A stretch of 32,000 nucleotides of DNA, taken from positions 1,397-33,396 of the forward strand of contig JAHSRM010000015.1 in NCBI GenBank assembly GCA_021650775.1. Reading direction: 5' to 3'. Made by a program: the position numbers and the translations under genes. The stretch is from Candidatus Benthortus lauensis. Lineage in GTDB: Archaea > Thermoproteota > Nitrososphaeria_A > Caldarchaeales > Wolframiiraptoraceae. Numbering within the stretch: the stretch's first letter is position 1; each line of letters opens with the position of its first letter. This document shows positions 1 through 9,051 of the stretch, one piece after another. Below the pieces are notes generated by a model that saw only the letters and a list, made by a program, of their open reading frames with translations, did not search any database and had not been told where the DNA came from.

Positions 1-345
1 CACGGGCTTCCCGTTCACGAAAATCATGAGGGTGGGTATGCTCATTATCCCGAACCTTGCCGCAGTCCTCGGATTCTCATCCACGTTAAGCTTCATGAAG
101 ACGACCTTACCCGCATACTCCTCCGCAAGCTCCTCGATTATGGGCGCTATGGCATGGCAGGGGCCACACCACTCGGCCCAGAAATCCACCACAACCACAG
201 GATACTTGGAGACCATCTCATCGAAGTCTGCGTCTGTAACCTTTACCGGCTTGGCTATCACCACCCCCTTCTCCTCCCTTCCCGCACCGAGAAGCTCACG
301 CATCTTCTTCAACCTGATGCGCTCAAGCTCCCAGTCGTCGCTCAT
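1..345 (-). CDS. trxA: Thioredoxin (N-terminal 115 codons; the C-terminus runs off the left edge of the window)
   Basis: Absent from the supplied ORF track because there is no stop codon inside the window. My reverse-strand translation from the ATG at 345 gives [115 protein letters not shown]. It contains the WCGPC active site and the conserved SIPT cis-Pro motif. The + ORF 26..373 is its antisense shadow. Confidence 0.85.
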   Translation of the reverse strand, partial: MSDDWELERIRLKKMRELLGAGREEKGVVIAKPVKVTDADFDEMVSKYPVVVVDFWAEWCGPCHAIAPIIEELAEEYAGKVVFMKLNVDENPRTAARFGIMSIPTLMIFVNGKPV

Positions 346-434
346 CAACCCCAGACCCCCGCAGAGCAACTAATAAGTTTCTCCTAAACCCGCCCAAAGG
401 AGAAATCCCTTTAGGTGGCTTTAAGCCTTGGCAG

Positions 435-2126
435 GTGGGTGGTGGGGACCTGCCGGTCATAACTGTTAGGAAGGAGAGGTTCTGGAGACTCCTTGGGAAG
501 AGGCTTGGCGACAGCGAGCTAACCCAGCTGCTGCACGACTTGGGTCTGGACGTGGAGGAGATAACGGGGGAAGAGTTCAGGGCGGAATACAACCCCAATA
601 GACCCGACTACTCAAGCCCGGTAGGCCTGGCCCGTGCAGCTAAAGGGTTGCTGGAGATAGAGCTGGGAGCCCCGAGGTATAGGCTACGGCCTCCGAGAAC
701 CTACGTCAAGGTGGACCCGAGGCTTCGGGAGATAAGGCCATACATAGTCGCCGCAGTTGTGCGTGGTCTGAGCCTTGACCTGGAGGCCCTGGAGGAGCTG
801 ATAGCCATGCAGGAGGACTTGCACTGGGTCTTGGGGAGGGATAGGAGGAAGGTCTCCATAGGACTCCATAACCTTGATGCTGTTAGGCCCCCGTTCGAGT
901 ATAGGGCTGTGAGAGGCGATGAGGTGGAGTTCGTCCCCCTGGGCGAGTGGAGGAGGATGAACTTGGAGGAGATTCTGAGGAAGCATGAGAAGGGCGTGAA
1001 GTATGCCCACCTCGTCAAGGGCAAGCCCCTCTACCCACTCCTAACCGACTCAAGGGGCGAGGTCCTCTCCTTCCCCCCAATAATCAACTCAATCCTAACA
1101 GAGCTGAGCGAGGAAACCCGGAACATCTTCATAGACGTTACAGGAACCGACCTGGACGCAGTGGGCAAGGCCCTAAACATACTAACCACAACCTTGGAGG
1201 AGATGGGTGGAAGGGTTGAGCAGGTAAGGGTGAGGTATAGTTACCCGGATTTCAGGAAGACCCTGACCACCCCGGACTACAGGGTGAAGAGGTGGAGGAT
1301 TAAGGCAGACTACGTGAACGAGGTCCTCGGACTAGACCTCAGCATTAGGGAGATTCGCAGGGCCCTCAGGAGGATGAGGCATGACGTGAAGGTGTCGGGT
1401 GGATGGATTACCGTCTCTCCCCCTCCATACAGGGTGGATATAATGCATCCAGTAGACCTTGTGGAGGATGTGGCCATGGGGATTGGCTACGGCTCCCTGG
1501 AGATAAAGCAGCCTGAGACGATAGTCTACGGCTCCCTCCACCCGCTCACCAGGTTCGAGGAGATAGTTAGGGCGACCATGCTTGGGCTGGGCTTCACCGA
1601 GGTCATGAACTTCACCTTAAGCAACGAGGAGACCGAGTATTGGAGGATGAACGTGGAACCCCATCCCCACATAACCCTGAGAAACCCTGTGTCAAGGGAT
1701 TACAGCATCCTGAGGACATGGCTCCTCCCAGGCCTCCTCAGAAACCTCTCAGACAACAAGGGAAGCCTCTACCCCCAGAAGCTATTCGAGGTAGGCGACG
1801 TAATCCACCCGGACGAGAGGCTGCCCGAGAAGGCTAGGCGGGTTCCAAGGCTCGCATGCGTATCAACCCACTCGGAGGCATCCTACAGCGAGATAAAGTC
1901 CGTGGCCGAGGAGCTGCTGAGAAATCTCATGATAACCGGGTGGGAACTCAACCCCATAGACGAGCCGCCCTTCATGGAGGGAAGAGCAGCCGAGATAAAC
2001 CTGAACGGAGAAAGGATTGGGGTCATGGGCGAGATACACCCCGAGGTCCTCGAGAAATGGGGCCTCGAGATGCCCGTAACAGCCCTAGAACTCTACCTAG
2101 ACAAAATCCTCCCACACTACACTTAA
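435..2126 (+). CDS. pheT: Phenylalanyl-tRNA synthetase beta subunit (archaeal type)
   Basis: 563-aa ORF whose length and sequence are typical of archaeal PheRS-beta (PVITVRKERFWRLLGK near the N-terminus; YNPNRPDYSSPVGLARA; C-terminal FEVGDV and GEIHPEVLEKWGL). The start is uncertain: the track uses GTG at 435, whereas family members usually begin close to the PVIT motif. Confidence 0.88.
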   Translation: MGGGDLPVITVRKERFWRLLGKRLGDSELTQLLHDLGLDVEEITGEEFRAEYNPNRPDYSSPVGLARAAKGLLEIELGAPRYRLRPPRTYVKVDPRLREIRPYIVAAVVRGLSLDLEALEELIAMQEDLHWVLGRDRRKVSIGLHNLDAVRPPFEYRAVRGDEVEFVPLGEWRRMNLEEILRKHEKGVKYAHLVKGKPLYPLLTDSRGEVLSFPPIINSILTELSEETRNIFIDVTGTDLDAVGKALNILTTTLEEMGGRVEQVRVRYSYPDFRKTLTTPDYRVKRWRIKADYVNEVLGLDLSIREIRRALRRMRHDVKVSGGWITVSPPPYRVDIMHPVDLVEDVAMGIGYGSLEIKQPETIVYGSLHPLTRFEEIVRATMLGLGFTEVMNFTLSNEETEYWRMNVEPHPHITLRNPVSRDYSILRTWLLPGLLRNLSDNKGSLYPQKLFEVGDVIHPDERLPEKARRVPRLACVSTHSEASYSEIKSVAEELLRNLMITGWELNPIDEPPFMEGRAAEINLNGERIGVMGEIHPEVLEKWGLEMPVTALELYLDKILPHYT

Positions 2127-2231
2127 AGGCAGGCCGAGACAACTACATAGTAGCCCCGCCACTTCCTTAAGCCTCCCGGAGAGAGGCCGTGTGCCTCGCT
2201 GTGATGGGGGGTGGTCGGTGGCGGGGCACAT

Positions 2232-3323
2232 CTACCTTGTTATCTCTTGTTGTTTTACGAATTCGTAGAGTTTTCTTGCGTGTGGGTCTCTCTCGAAGTG
2301 TTCCCTTATGGGTGCTATTATCTTGTCTAGTGCCTCGGCCACGGCGTTCTTCAGGTCGGCTGGATGGAGCCTGCCCTCCACGTAGTCCTTCTCCAGCTCC
2401 TCATAACTCCAATACTCGACATCGCCCCCATACTTGGCAGGCCTCGTAACCTTCAGGCTCCCAAGCTTCCTGAAGACTATGTGCTTCGCATAGTCTAGGA
2501 TTGGGTTGTCCTCCACGCTTCTGGGGGGGCAGTAGGCCTTGTTTATCTTCCTCTTAATCGTCTCAGGGTTGTCGTGGACGAAGATGCTGGTCTCGGGCAG
2601 GCTCTTACTCATCTTGGAGGCAATCTCCATGTCGAGCCTCCTATCCTCCTCGAACCCACCCTCCTTGACAGGCCCCTGAAGACCCATGAGCATGTGGTGG
2701 TGGACGGCGACAGGCTTCTTGTATCCCAGCTTGGGTGCAAGCTCCCTTGCAAGCATGTTGGCCCTCCTCTGGTCTAGGCCGAGCTGACAGATATCCACAT
2801 CCATGTAGAATATGTCGGCTACCTGCATGGCAGGGTAGATTATCTGGGCCGCCTCCTGCATCTCTCCCTCCCTCCTCCCCATTATCGGCAGTGCCCTCAG
2901 CATCCTCTTGATGGAGACGTTCCGTGCGACCGTTAGGACGAGCCTCCAGTATTCGCTGTCGGATGCGTGCTCGCTGGCCCAGACAACCTCGACCTTGCCC
3001 AGGTCTATTCCAGCGGCCTTCCAGACCTCCACGAAGTATTCCCCAACCCTCCTAATCCTCTCAAGGTCTCCACCCATCTTGTTGTTTATCATGGCGTGCC
3101 AGTCGGCGAGGAGTAGCTTGAACCTACATCCAGCCTCCAGCATATCTTGGAGCTTGATCGCCCTTAGGACCCCGAAGGGTAGGTGTGCGAGGCCGCTTGG
3201 CTCGAAGCCGTCATAGGCTATCGGATGCTCATTCACCTCCAGCAGGCTCCTAAGCTCCTCAACCGTTATGACCTCCTCGGTGGGAGGCCTAAGTATCAGG
3301 CTAAGCCTCGACTCTAAGTCCAT
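2232..3323 (-). CDS. tyrS: Tyrosyl-tRNA synthetase (archaeal/eukaryal type, class I)
   Basis: 363 aa. Contains YDGFEPSGLAHLPFG (the HIGH-region equivalent of TyrRS) and a verbatim KMSKS loop. An AT-rich TATA-like element (minus-strand AGTTTAATAT, + coordinates 3349..3358) sits about 30 nt upstream of the ATG, consistent with a leaderless mRNA. Confidence 0.85.
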   Translation of the reverse strand: MDLESRLSLILRPPTEEVITVEELRSLLEVNEHPIAYDGFEPSGLAHLPFGVLRAIKLQDMLEAGCRFKLLLADWHAMINNKMGGDLERIRRVGEYFVEVWKAAGIDLGKVEVVWASEHASDSEYWRLVLTVARNVSIKRMLRALPIMGRREGEMQEAAQIIYPAMQVADIFYMDVDICQLGLDQRRANMLARELAPKLGYKKPVAVHHHMLMGLQGPVKEGGFEEDRRLDMEIASKMSKSLPETSIFVHDNPETIKRKINKAYCPPRSVEDNPILDYAKHIVFRKLGSLKVTRPAKYGGDVEYWSYEELEKDYVEGRLHPADLKNAVAEALDKIIAPIREHFERDPHARKLYEFVKQQEITR

Positions 3324-3381
3324 TCCAACCTAAAGCCCCAAAGCCACCATATTAAACTATGAGCCCAAGGCGTCTAGGTCA

Positions 3382-3453
3382 CCTATGGCCAAAGAAGCTT
3401 TCTGGAGAGGGAGCCTCCACACGCCCCCTATTCGGGGAATCTTTGGCCATAGG
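3382..3453. repeat. Perfect 14-bp inverted repeat closing a 72-nt element; candidate structured RNA or protein-binding palindrome
   Basis: CCTATGGCCAAAGA (3382..3395) is the exact reverse complement of TCTTTGGCCATAGG (3440..3453). The 44-nt interior can form two small hairpins (TGGAG-AGGGAGC-CTCCA and CCCC-N-GGGG). It lies in a 349-bp spacer that the two flanking promoters do not account for. Confidence 0.5.
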
Positions 3454-3672
3454 GGTTCAGCCCAGCCCCCTGCACACAATCCAAGCCCCATAACTTCCCA
3501 CCCATAACCAACCCACCCTAATCGATTAGAGCTTATGCCCATGGTGCCAGGGCCTGTAACCCGGCCTCTCCGTAGGTCTTCATCGATGAGCATAAGAGTA
3601 GGATTTATTATCTATCCCTGGCTTCTATCTTGTTTGGTGGATACAGAATAGTAGTGGGAGAGGTTTAGAAAA

Positions 3673-6336
3673 ATGGAGTCAGGGTTCCCGGTTAAGAAGG
3701 TTGTGAAGCGTGATGGCAGGGTTGTGGACTTCGACGCCAGGAGGATACGTGAGGCTATAAGGAAGGCGATGGTCCACGTTGGTGCGTATGACGAGGAGAC
3801 CCTGAACAGGGTTGTGAGCCATGTTCTCTCCCTGATTGCCGAGAAGTATGGGGCCGAGAAGACGCCGCACGTCGAGGAGATACAGGACATAGTCGAGCTT
3901 AGCCTGGTGAAGTTCGACCTCTACGAGGTAGCTAAGGCCTACATCCTGTATAGGAAGGAGAGGGAGAGGATACGTGAGGAGAAGAAGAAGATACTGGAGA
4001 AGGATTACGTGGACGAAGTGGATAAGGCGTTCAGCCTAAACGCCCTGAGGCTTATGGCGAGCAGATACCTGCTCAAGGACGAGAAGGGCAAGCTGCGTGA
4101 GGGGCCGAAGCAGATGTTCCAGCGTGTAGCAGCCCTGATGGTTATCCCCGACATACTCCACGACCCAGAGATATTCGACAAGGATGGAGGCCAGCCCAAG
4201 CACCCCAAGGAGGACTTCGACCCAGCCCAGTGGGAGAACAAGCTCGGCCTCGGAAGAAACAGCAACGGCGGATACGAGGTGTCCTGGAATAGGTGGCACC
4301 TCGAGAGGATGAAGGCCCTCTACGACGAGCTTAACGAGAAGAACTCCATGAGGGTTCCATGGAGCGTCCTCCTAAAGATGCTCTCGGAGGGGAGATTCGA
4401 GAAATACCATAAACAATACAGGAAATACTATGAGCTAATGGTTGAGAAGAAGTTTATGCCCAATAGTCCAACGCTCTTCAACGCAGGAGCAAGACTAGGG
4501 CAGCTCTCCGCCTGCTTCGTCCTCGACATAGACGACAACATCGAGTCGATAATGGATGCTGCCAGGGACGCAGCCGTAATCTTCAAGTCTGGTGGGGGAA
4601 TAGGGATAAACTACTCCAAGCTGAGGCCGGAGGGGGACCTCGTCTTCTCAACATTCGGCGTGGCCTCAGGCCCCGTCTCCTTCATGCGTATAATCGACAC
4701 GGTTACAGAGGTTGTTAAGCAGGGTGGGAAGAGGCGTGGAGCGAACATGGGTATCCTAGAGTCATGGCACCCCGACATAGAGACCTTCATACACAGCAAG
4801 GAGAAGGAGGGGTTCCTCGAGAACTTCAACATATCGGTCATGCTCGACGAGAAGTTCTGGGAATACTATGAGAAAGGTGAGCCGTATCCCCTCATAAACC
4901 CAAGGGACGGGAAGGTCTGGAAGAAGGTAGACCCACGTAGACTCTTCAGGGAGCTTGCGGAGGCTGCCTGGAGGACCGCCGACCCAGGCGTCCTGTTCCT
5001 CGACAACATCAACAAGCATAACCCGTTCAGGGAGACCATGGGGCCTGTTAGGTCCACCAACCCATGCGCCGAGCAGCCCCTCTACCCATACGAGTCATGC
5101 AACCTGGGGAGCATCAACGTCTACGCCTTCGTTAGGAGGAGGGAGAACGGTGAGGCATGGTTCGACTGGGACGCCCTAGAGGACGCCGTGAGGACGGCCA
5201 CCAGGTTCCTCGACAACGTAATCGACGTGAACAAGTATCCCATCCCCCAGATTGAGTATAGGACCAAGATGTCTAGGAGGATTGGCCTCGGGATAATGGG
5301 TGTGGCCGACGTCCTCTACGCCCTAAGGATACCATACAACAGCGAGGAGGGCTTCAGCTTCATGAGCAGGCTAATGGAGTTCATAGCATACCACGCATAC
5401 ATGGAGAGCGTCAGGCTAGCGGAGGAGAGAGGCTCCTTCCCACTATACTGGCAGAGCACCTACCCGAAGGGCGAGCTACCCATCGAGGGATTCCATCACC
5501 CTGAGTGGTGGACCATGGATTGGAGGAAGCTCTCCAACCTCGTGAAGGAGAAGGGGATAAGGAACAGCCACGTAACAACCGTGGCGCCAACGGGAAGCAT
5601 CTCCATGCTGGTGGACGTCTCCTCAGGCCTCGAGCCACAGTTCGCCCTAGTATACGAGAAGCACGTAACCGTCGGGACCTTCTACTACGTGGACGTGGAG
5701 TTTGAGAGGCAGATGAAGGAGAGGGGGCTATACAGCGACCAGCTCCTCAAGAAGATATCGGAGAACGGCGGCTCGGTCCAGGGTCTCGAGGAGGTGCCCG
5801 AGGACGTCAGGAAGGTCTTCCTGGTGGCATACGATATACCTTGGTGGGACCACGTGAGGGCCCAGTATGAGGTCCAGAAGTGGGTGGACGCCTCGGTCAG
5901 CAAGACCATCAACATGCCTGCATGGGTCACGGTGGACGATGTCCTGAAGGCGTATCTCTTCGCCTACAAGCTGGGGCTCAAGGGCATAACAATATACAGG
6001 GACACGTCCAAGAGCAGCCAGGTCTTGGTGACCCCCTCGCAGAGGCTCAACAAGTATGTCGCCTTGACGCCTAACAAGACCTTGGAGATGATGAGGGCTG
6101 TGGGCATAGAGCCTCCGAGGATTGGGGGTGAGAGCGGGGAGGAGCCGAGGAAGAAGATAGTCCAGCTGGTCTATGCCGCCGAGAAGGAGGGAGGCCTCGA
6201 GGAGGGAAAGGAGGCCACGGAGCACCCCACCATAAAAATCGAGAGATGCCCCACATGCAATAGCCTAAACCTCGTCTACCAGGAAGGATGCGTCAGATGC
6301 CTTGACTGCGGCTGGTCAAGCTGCATGATAGCTTAG
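3673..6336 (+). CDS. nrdJ: Adenosylcobalamin-dependent (class II) ribonucleotide reductase with N-terminal ATP-cone and C-terminal zinc ribbon
   Basis: 887 aa. Contains an ATP-cone (VVKRDGRVVDFDARRIREAIRKA), catalytic-core motifs (STNPCAEQPLYPYESCNLGSIN; TVAPTGSIS) and a C-terminal CPTCNS...CVRCLDCG zinc ribbon. No intein-sized insertion is evident. Confidence 0.9.
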   Translation: MESGFPVKKVVKRDGRVVDFDARRIREAIRKAMVHVGAYDEETLNRVVSHVLSLIAEKYGAEKTPHVEEIQDIVELSLVKFDLYEVAKAYILYRKERERIREEKKKILEKDYVDEVDKAFSLNALRLMASRYLLKDEKGKLREGPKQMFQRVAALMVIPDILHDPEIFDKDGGQPKHPKEDFDPAQWENKLGLGRNSNGGYEVSWNRWHLERMKALYDELNEKNSMRVPWSVLLKMLSEGRFEKYHKQYRKYYELMVEKKFMPNSPTLFNAGARLGQLSACFVLDIDDNIESIMDAARDAAVIFKSGGGIGINYSKLRPEGDLVFSTFGVASGPVSFMRIIDTVTEVVKQGGKRRGANMGILESWHPDIETFIHSKEKEGFLENFNISVMLDEKFWEYYEKGEPYPLINPRDGKVWKKVDPRRLFRELAEAAWRTADPGVLFLDNINKHNPFRETMGPVRSTNPCAEQPLYPYESCNLGSINVYAFVRRRENGEAWFDWDALEDAVRTATRFLDNVIDVNKYPIPQIEYRTKMSRRIGLGIMGVADVLYALRIPYNSEEGFSFMSRLMEFIAYHAYMESVRLAEERGSFPLYWQSTYPKGELPIEGFHHPEWWTMDWRKLSNLVKEKGIRNSHVTTVAPTGSISMLVDVSSGLEPQFALVYEKHVTVGTFYYVDVEFERQMKERGLYSDQLLKKISENGGSVQGLEEVPEDVRKVFLVAYDIPWWDHVRAQYEVQKWVDASVSKTINMPAWVTVDDVLKAYLFAYKLGLKGITIYRDTSKSSQVLVTPSQRLNKYVALTPNKTLEMMRAVGIEPPRIGGESGEEPRKKIVQLVYAAEKEGGLEEGKEATEHPTIKIERCPTCNSLNLVYQEGCVRCLDCGWSSCMIA

Positions 6337-6353
6337 AGGGGGTGGAATCAACC

Positions 6354-6363
6354 TTAAATTTTT
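6354..6363 (+). promoter_or_regulatory. TATA-like box for the NuoN/MrpD-like gene (leaderless geometry)
   Basis: TTAAATTTTT is centred about 27 nt upstream of the ATG at 6385, which is the typical archaeal TATA-to-start distance for a leaderless mRNA. Confidence 0.4.
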
Positions 6364-6384
6364 CACAGTATCCCTCACTACGCT

Positions 6385-7845
6385 ATGGCCGGGATACTGT
6401 CCATAGACTTCTCTCAGACCCTTAACATCCTAATCTTCCTCACGCTCACCTCCCCGCTGGTTGCGGTAGCTTCCAGGAGGGCTCCAAGGGCCGTTGAGGT
6501 CTATGCAATAGTGGGGTTGGCGGCGGCCCTGGCGTCATCGCTTATACAGGCGGCCTCCACGCCCGTCGTCATACTCTTCTCGAACCCCCCGGAGTCCTCG
6601 GCCCAGATATTCGTGGACAGTCTCTCGTCATACATGGCCGTAATCTACATCTTCGTTGGCTTGCTCTCAGCCTTGTTCTCGGTTGGCTACATAGAGGAGA
6701 GGAAGCGTGGGTTCTATCCCCTCCTACTCGCCATGATAACCGGGCTGGTGGGCGTCGTCTTCTCAGGAGACCTTGCATCCTTCTTCGTCTTCTGGGAGCT
6801 TATGAGCCTCACGGCCTACGTCCTCGTGGCATTCTTCTATGACCGATGGGAGGCGGTGGAGGCATCCTTCAAGTATCTAATAATGAGCTCGGCTGGGACA
6901 GCCTCGATACTCCTCTCCTTCTCCCTACTCTACGGGATAACCGGAACCCTCAGCATCCCGGCCATAGCAGAGGCCCTCCGGAACGAGATGCTGGCGGGAA
7001 ACTCGTGGACCTACGTGGCCCTAGCCCTCCTGATAGCTGGGCTGGGGGTGAATGCGGCCATGGCCCCCTTCCATAGCTGGCTACCCGACGCACATCCAGC
7101 TGCTCCCAGCCCCATATCGGCCATGCTTTCAGGCGTGGTAATCAAGACGGGTATCTACGGTATGTTCAGGTTTCTCTCGGGCTTCTTCCCGCCCCAGCTC
7201 TACAACTGGCAGCTCGGCCTCCTCCTCTTCGCAGCCCTAACCATGACCGTTGGAAACGTTATGGCCCTCCTCCAAGACGACATCAAGAGGCTCCTGGCAT
7301 TCAGTAGCATAGCCCACATAGGGTATATCGTCCTCGGGCTGGGCGTGGCCACACTTCAGGGATTCACGGGAGGAATCCTCCACATACTCAACCACGCATC
7401 CATGAAGGCCCTCCTCTTCCTCGCAGCGGGGGCATTCATACACTCGGTCAATACCAGGAGCCTAGAGGAGCTGAGCGGGATAGGGAGAAGGATGCCGATA
7501 ACGGGCGTGGCCTTCTCCATCGGAGCCTTCTCACTCGCAGGGCTACCCGGTCTCAACGCATTCGTGAGCGAGTTCCAGATAATCGCCTCGGCCGTGGACG
7601 CAGGCCTCATAGTATTCGCAGTCATAATGATACTCAACGTCCTCCTCGGAGCATCCTACTACCTCAGGGTGATACAGATAATCTTCCTCAAGCCCATGAC
7701 AAGCGTCTCGGAGAAGGCCCACGAGGCGCCGATAGTCATGCTCATACCCCTGATTATACTCTCAATCCTAGCAGTGGTCATAGGGGTTCAGCCCGACCCA
7801 TTCCTAAGCATCGCCAGAGAGATAGCCGAGACGCTCCTCCCATAG
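6385..7845 (+). CDS. Proton-translocating antiporter-like membrane subunit (NuoN / MrpD family)
   Basis: 486 aa and polytopic. Family motifs are FWELMSLTAYVLV, EASFKYLIMSSAGTASILLSFSLLYGITGT, APFHSWLPDAHPAAPSPISAMLSGVVIKTGIYG and AFSSIAHIGY. By eye I cannot separate NuoN from MrpD/MbhH. Confidence 0.8.
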   Translation: MAGILSIDFSQTLNILIFLTLTSPLVAVASRRAPRAVEVYAIVGLAAALASSLIQAASTPVVILFSNPPESSAQIFVDSLSSYMAVIYIFVGLLSALFSVGYIEERKRGFYPLLLAMITGLVGVVFSGDLASFFVFWELMSLTAYVLVAFFYDRWEAVEASFKYLIMSSAGTASILLSFSLLYGITGTLSIPAIAEALRNEMLAGNSWTYVALALLIAGLGVNAAMAPFHSWLPDAHPAAPSPISAMLSGVVIKTGIYGMFRFLSGFFPPQLYNWQLGLLLFAALTMTVGNVMALLQDDIKRLLAFSSIAHIGYIVLGLGVATLQGFTGGILHILNHASMKALLFLAAGAFIHSVNTRSLEELSGIGRRMPITGVAFSIGAFSLAGLPGLNAFVSEFQIIASAVDAGLIVFAVIMILNVLLGASYYLRVIQIIFLKPMTSVSEKAHEAPIVMLIPLIILSILAVVIGVQPDPFLSIAREIAETLLP

Positions 7846-7914
7846 ATCACGCCATTTAACCCTAATCAGGGAAGCTTAATAACAGGGTCTCCATGCTCAT
7901 GGCAGGGGTCTCGA

Positions 7915-9021
7915 ATGGGTAGGAGGACGAGTGCGCAGATACAGTATCGGGCCGACCAGATTAAGCAGTCGGTTCTACGGAAGCTCAAGAGGCTTGGAGA
8001 ACGGGTGCTAAGCGACCTCGAGTCAGGGAGATTCCCAGAGATTCATCTCCCGGCCAGGACTACGAAGAACATAGTCTATGACCCGGAGCTTAGGCAGTAT
8101 GTCCTTGGTAGGAAGAGGGTCGAGAGGACTACCAAGAATGTCAGGCATCTGAGACCTTTCGCCCAGCTCCTCTGGGTAGCCTCCTTCGCCAAGCAGTTAC
8201 TAACCACAGGCAAGACCTCGACCCTCAGGGACACCTACTACGTGGCGATAGGCGAGGGGATAGACTTCGAGGACCAGAAGGAGAGCGATGACACCATAGT
8301 TGAGCTTGAGACCCTGATAGACTCCCCGAGGGAGGACTTCAACATCTTCCCAGAGGAGCGTGCATCAATCTACGGAGACCTCGTGATAGAGTATACCGTC
8401 CCAGGGTTCAGGGGAAAGAGAGTGGACCTCTCCTCCCACCCAGATGGATACGCCATAGGACCCGCCCTAACCACCGCCGAGTTCGTTAGATGTGGAGCCG
8501 AGATGCTCTTTGTGATAGAGAAGGGAGCCGTGTTCAGCAGATTCGTGGAGGAGGGAGCCGACAAGAAATACAAGGCACTGCTACTGCACACGGCCGGCCA
8601 GTCGCCGAGGAACGCGAGGAAGCTTATCCGCAGGCTCCACGAGGAGCTCAACCTACCCGTCTACGTCTTCACCGACGCAGACCCATACGGGGTCCACATA
8701 GCCAGTGTCCTAATCCACGGCTCGGCCCTAAGCGCCCACATAAAGGAGATTAACGTCCCCGACGCCGTCTGGGCAGGGGTCTGGGCAAGCGACATAACCC
8801 GATACAAGCTCCCATCCATGAAGCTCACAGACCAGGACATCAAGAGGCTGAGCGAGCTGGAGCAGGACCCGAGATACCAGGCCGACCCATGGAGACGAGA
8901 ACTCAAAGAGTTCTGGAGAATCAAGAGAAAGGCGGAGCTCGAGGCATTCAGCAGATACGGCCTCGACTTCATAGTCAAGGAGTTCCTACCCGAGAGGCTC
9001 GCCGAGCTACAGAAACGCTAA
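7915..9021 (+). CDS. top6A: DNA topoisomerase VI subunit A (Spo11 homologue)
   Basis: 368 aa. Shows the catalytic-tyrosine region TSTLRDTYYV and the Toprim acidic cluster VYVFTDADPYGVHIA. The length is typical for the family. Confidence 0.92.
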   Translation: MGRRTSAQIQYRADQIKQSVLRKLKRLGERVLSDLESGRFPEIHLPARTTKNIVYDPELRQYVLGRKRVERTTKNVRHLRPFAQLLWVASFAKQLLTTGKTSTLRDTYYVAIGEGIDFEDQKESDDTIVELETLIDSPREDFNIFPEERASIYGDLVIEYTVPGFRGKRVDLSSHPDGYAIGPALTTAEFVRCGAEMLFVIEKGAVFSRFVEEGADKKYKALLLHTAGQSPRNARKLIRRLHEELNLPVYVFTDADPYGVHIASVLIHGSALSAHIKEINVPDAVWAGVWASDITRYKLPSMKLTDQDIKRLSELEQDPRYQADPWRRELKEFWRIKRKAELEAFSRYGLDFIVKEFLPERLAELQKR

Positions 9022-9051
9022 CTATACCCTACTCCATAAAGGGTTCTGGAT

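Noticed and set aside
26-373. 115-aa + strand ORF at the left edge, with overlapping ORFs 154..387 (+) and 323..598 (-)
   Set aside because: The minus strand here encodes an unmistakable thioredoxin (WCGPC). The + ORF is a low-complexity Ser/Thr-rich antisense shadow.
3357-3593. 78-aa minus-strand ORF filling the tyrS/RNR spacer
   Set aside because: It has a Gly/Trp-rich, unnatural composition produced by the G-rich strand and has no ribosome-binding or promoter geometry. It also spans the hairpin and the G-tract. More likely non-coding.
3360-3600. Possibility that the spacer encodes SRP RNA, RNase P RNA, a tRNA, or an H/ACA or C/D sRNA
   Set aside because: Universal RNase P blocks are absent (for example GAGGAAAGTCC). 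There is no SRP helix-8-type sequence, no tRNA T-loop, no ACA after the stem, and no C (RTGATGA) or D (CTGA) box pair.
5728-6225. 165-aa ORF antisense to the ribonucleotide reductase gene
   Set aside because: It lies entirely within a well-supported CDS on the other strand. Such long antisense ORFs are typical in GC-rich coding DNA.
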